Positions 8,421 through 10,749 of a DNA stretch of 10,749 bases are shown piece by piece. Below the pieces are notes generated by a model. That model had not been told where the DNA came from, did no database searches, and saw nothing but the letters and a program-made list of their open reading frames with translations. The stretch is from positions 1-10,749 of the forward strand of contig DYFC01000012.1 in assembly GCA_020725385.1 (NCBI GenBank). Direction: 5' to 3'. Each line of letters starts with the position of its first letter. The stretch's first letter is position 1. Both the position numbers and the translations under genes were made by a program. The DNA comes from Nitrospira japonica (lineage in GTDB: Bacteria > Nitrospirota > Thermodesulfovibrionia > Thermodesulfovibrionales > SM23-35).

Positions 8421-9542
8421 GTGAGATCCATGAGTCTCATTGGGGTTGTTGAGGACATTCTAAATTCTGCAGATATTGCTTTAAACGGTTCCCGGCCGTG
8501 GGACCCGAAAATCAAAGATGAACGCTTCTTTAAAAGGGTTCTTGGTGAAGGAAGTCTCGGTCTTGGCGAATCTTATATGGACGGTTGGTGGGATTGCGAG
8601 AAACTTGATGAATTTTTCTTTAGACTCATTCCATTAAATCCAGAGGAAGTTATAAAAAATAATCTTAAACTCAAACTACATACCTTCAAAGCAATTATAT
8701 TCAATCTTGCAAGCAAGCCAAGAGCATTTACAATTGGAGAAAAACATTATAATCTTGGCAATGCACTTTTCAAGAGAATGCTCGATAAAAGAATGACATA
8801 TAGTTGCGGATACTGGAAAAATGCAGGCAGTCTTGATGAAGCCCAGGAAGCGAAATTAGATCTGATTTGCAGAAAACTTCGACTAAAGCATGGTGATAGA
8901 GTTCTTGATATAGGATGTGGCTGGGGAAGTTTTGCAGGTTATGCTTCGGAGAAATATGGAGTTAAAGTCACCGGAATTACTGTGTCGAGAGAGCAGGTTG
9001 AATTAGCCCGCAAATTATATTCAGTGTTGCCTGTTGAAATAAGACTTCAGGATTACAGAGATCTGAACGAAAAGTTTGATCATATAGTATCGATAGGAAT
9101 GTTTGAACATGTATGTTATAAAAATTATCGAAAATTTATGGAGATAGTTCATCGCTGTCTTAAAGACGAAGGTCTTTTTCTTTTACATACAATCGGTAAT
9201 AGCTATTCAAATGTTACAGTTGATCCGTGGTTTGAAAAATATATTTTCCCGAACTCAATGATTCCTTCTATGAGACAGATAAGTGAATCTGTTGAGAAAC
9301 TTTTTGTAATAGAGGATTGGCATAATTTTGGTTATTATTACGATGATACTCTTGTTTCATGGTTTAAGAACTTTGATAACAATTGGGATTCTCTTAAAGA
9401 TTTATATGATGAGCGGTTTTATAGAATGTGGAAATATTATTTATTAAGTAGCGCAGGCGCATTCAGGGCACGTAATCTCCATGTATGGCAAATTGTTTTC
9501 TCGAAAAATGGAATTAAAGGAGGATATGAACCAATAAGATGA
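8421..9542 (+). CDS. cfa: Cyclopropane-fatty-acyl-phospholipid synthase
   Basis: 'GSLGLGESYMDGWWDC', 'HYNLGN', 'MTYSCGYW', 'AQEAKLDLICRKL', SAM motif 'VLDIGCGWG', 'GMFEHV', 'KYIFP', 'RMWKYYL'. Start is GTG 8421 or ATG 8430. Confidence 0.95.
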   Translation: MRSMSLIGVVEDILNSADIALNGSRPWDPKIKDERFFKRVLGEGSLGLGESYMDGWWDCEKLDEFFFRLIPLNPEEVIKNNLKLKLHTFKAIIFNLASKPRAFTIGEKHYNLGNALFKRMLDKRMTYSCGYWKNAGSLDEAQEAKLDLICRKLRLKHGDRVLDIGCGWGSFAGYASEKYGVKVTGITVSREQVELARKLYSVLPVEIRLQDYRDLNEKFDHIVSIGMFEHVCYKNYRKFMEIVHRCLKDEGLFLLHTIGNSYSNVTVDPWFEKYIFPNSMIPSMRQISESVEKLFVIEDWHNFGYYYDDTLVSWFKNFDNNWDSLKDLYDERFYRMWKYYLLSSAGAFRARNLHVWQIVFSKNGIKGGYEPIR

Positions 9543-9565
9543 ACTCAGGGTCAGGGTTTTAAAGA

Positions 9566-10108
9566 ATGTCCGGAATTGCAATATGGATTACAGGATTGCC
9601 GGGTAGCGGAAAAAGCACAGTGGCAGAGGAGTTTATTAAAGCTTATCCCGGGTTTATGATTCTCAGGATGGATGCTTTTAGAAAATTTGTAACACCCGAG
9701 CCAGCATATACGGATACTGAAAGAAATTTAGTTTATAGGGCATTGATTTATTTTGCAAAAGTTTTAACCGGCATAGGGTACAATGTTATTATTGATGCTA
9801 CAGGCAATCGAAGGCTCTGGCGTGAGCTTGCAAGAAAGGAAATCAGCAAATTCATTGAAGTCTATTTAAGATGTCCTCTGGAAATTTGTGCCGATAGAGA
9901 GAAAAAAAGACTTGAAACAAAAGACGCCCCAAAGGATATATATAAAAAGGGTAAAGAAGGGTGGCCTGTGCCGGGAATTTCTGTGCCATATGAAGAGCCT
10001 TTAAATCCTGAAATTATTGCCGATACTGACAAAGAATCTCTATCAGAAATAGTAAATAAAATAAGTAGAACTCTTACAGAAAAATGGGGATTAAGAGGTA
10101 AGTTGTAA
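9566..10108 (+). CDS. Adenylyl-sulfate (APS) kinase-like P-loop kinase
   Basis: 'AIWITGLPGSGKSTVA', 'FIEVYLRCPLEIC..R', 'PGISVPYEEPLNPEI' are CysC-like, but the canonical LDGDNVR segment is replaced by 'LRMDAFR'. Confidence 0.75.
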   Translation: MSGIAIWITGLPGSGKSTVAEEFIKAYPGFMILRMDAFRKFVTPEPAYTDTERNLVYRALIYFAKVLTGIGYNVIIDATGNRRLWRELARKEISKFIEVYLRCPLEICADREKKRLETKDAPKDIYKKGKEGWPVPGISVPYEEPLNPEIIADTDKESLSEIVNKISRTLTEKWGLRGKL

Positions 10109-10152
10109 GTATTTCTCTATTTTACTTTTTCTACTAATCTCGCCTCTCGCAC

Positions 10153-10182
10153 CTGCCGTGTTTATCCCTTTTTAATCAGGTC
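10153..10182. repeat. Degenerate partial CRISPR repeat plus 5 flanking nt; direct repeat of 10651-10680
   Basis: CTGCCGTGTTTATCCCTTTTTAATCAGGTC versus CTGCCGTCGCAATCCCTTTTTAATCAGGTC: 26/30 identical, with 4 contiguous mismatches. Confidence 0.9.
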
Positions 10183-10222
10183 GGCTAAAGCAGTGAGTTA
10201 GACACAAGTGAATTAGTGAGTT
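10183..10222. repeat. Left-flank octamer repeats of the four-helix-bundle cassette
   Basis: AGTGAGTT (10192-10199), AGTGAATT (10207-10214), AGTGAGTT (10215-10222). These are inverted relative to the right-flank units. Confidence 0.7.
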
Positions 10223-10589
10223 AGAAAGACATCTTCTGGCCAATCATTTTATTAAGCATCTTCATGATTTCTTCTATTGTAGACTCTAAAAGTGTATATT
10301 CTTCTTTATTAATCCAACCTACATCTCGACTTTTTATAAGCCAGTTTAAAGTCTCTGTAGTTGACCCTCTTGCAACGATCAAGTAATGAATGTATTCCTT
10401 TCCCTGTCTTCTGCCAAATCCTTCAGCTATATTTGCACTGATTGAACCACATGATCTGAGTAACTGATCTATTACTACTTTTGTTGCTTGAGTTTTTGGA
10501 AATAACTCTACAATTTTAATAACATCAATGAATAGTTTGTGTGCCTTTTGCCATACAATAAGGTCTTTAAAACTACGGATTCTTTCCAT
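10221..10589 (-). CDS. Four helix bundle protein (23S rRNA intervening-sequence protein / S23-like family, Avd-related fold)
   Basis: 122 aa. 'SFKDLIVWQKAH', 'FPK', 'QLLRSCGSISANIAEGFGR', 'YIHYLIVARGSTTET', 'KMLNKMI' are family signature motifs. Confidence 0.93.
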   Translation of the reverse strand: MERIRSFKDLIVWQKAHKLFIDVIKIVELFPKTQATKVVIDQLLRSCGSISANIAEGFGRRQGKEYIHYLIVARGSTTETLNWLIKSRDVGWINKEEYTLLESTIEEIMKMLNKMIGQKMSF

Positions 10590-10604
10590 TTGCCTTTTCT
10601 TTTT

Positions 10605-10653
10605 CCCTAATTCCCTAAATCACTAATTTCTAATTCACTTCAGCCAAAGGCTG
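10605..10653. repeat. Right-flank octamer repeats and small hairpin of the four-helix-bundle cassette
   Basis: CCCTAATT, CCCTAAAT, CACTAATT, TCTAATT, CACT in tandem (10605-10639), then the hairpin CAGCC-AAA-GGCTG (10641-10653). Confidence 0.7.
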
Positions 10654-10655
10654 CC

Positions 10656-10749
10656 GTCGCAATCCCTTTTTAATCAGGTCTAATTTCCTACGTTAAAATA
10701 CAAACAGATTAATTATATTAATTATGTCGCAATCCCTTTTTAATCAGGT
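10656..10749 (-). CRISPR. End of a CRISPR array (about 36-nt repeat, about 34-nt spacer), continuing beyond the window; probably the trailer end of a type III-associated array
   Basis: GTCGCAATCCCTTTTTAATCAGGT is identical at 10656 and 10726 (70-nt period; the second copy is cut by the window edge). The inferred full repeat on the minus strand is GTAGGAAATTAGACCTGATTAAAAAGGGATTGCGAC, with the GT start and GGGATTGCGAC end seen in type III-type repeats. The repeat boundary at 10691, the orientation and the type are inferred. No cas genes are in the window. Confidence 0.8.

Noticed and set aside
9546-9557. TCAGGG tandem repeat between cfa and the kinase gene
   Set aside because: Only two copies of a hexamer, with no supporting structure.
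10081-10097. AAAATGGGGATTAAGAG at the end of the kinase gene, resembling the CRISPR repeat 3' end in opposite orientation (possible anti-repeat)
   Set aside because: The match is short and gapped, lies within coding sequence, and is consistent with chance.
10221-10589. Interpreting the four-helix-bundle gene as Avd of a diversity-generating retroelement, or as lying in a 23S rRNA IVS
   Set aside because: No reverse transcriptase, TR/VR pair or rRNA sequence is visible in the window. An RT beyond the right edge cannot be excluded.

Overview
AT-rich bacterial chromosomal window. The gene content (short PheT, c-di-AMP riboswitch-kup) suggests Nitrospirota/Thermodesulfovibrionia or a deltaproteobacterium-like anaerobe, but this is inference only. 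From left to right: (1) a minus-strand unit of GntR/UTRA regulator, CBS-pair protein and a truncated membrane-protein gene; (2) a minus-strand NarL-type two-component pair whose kinase has a sugar-binding-like extracellular domain plus about 7 TM helices; (3) a sigma70 promoter, c-di-AMP (ydaO) riboswitch and terminator controlling kup; (4) a stand-alone, OB-fold-less and apparently leaderless pheT; (5) cfa and an APS-kinase-like gene; (6) the end of a CRISPR array. The most unusual feature is a four-helix-bundle (23S rRNA IVS protein/Avd-like) gene with inverted octamer-repeat flanks. It sits between the last intact CRISPR repeat and a degenerate repeat copy, bracketed by a 30-bp imperfect direct repeat.
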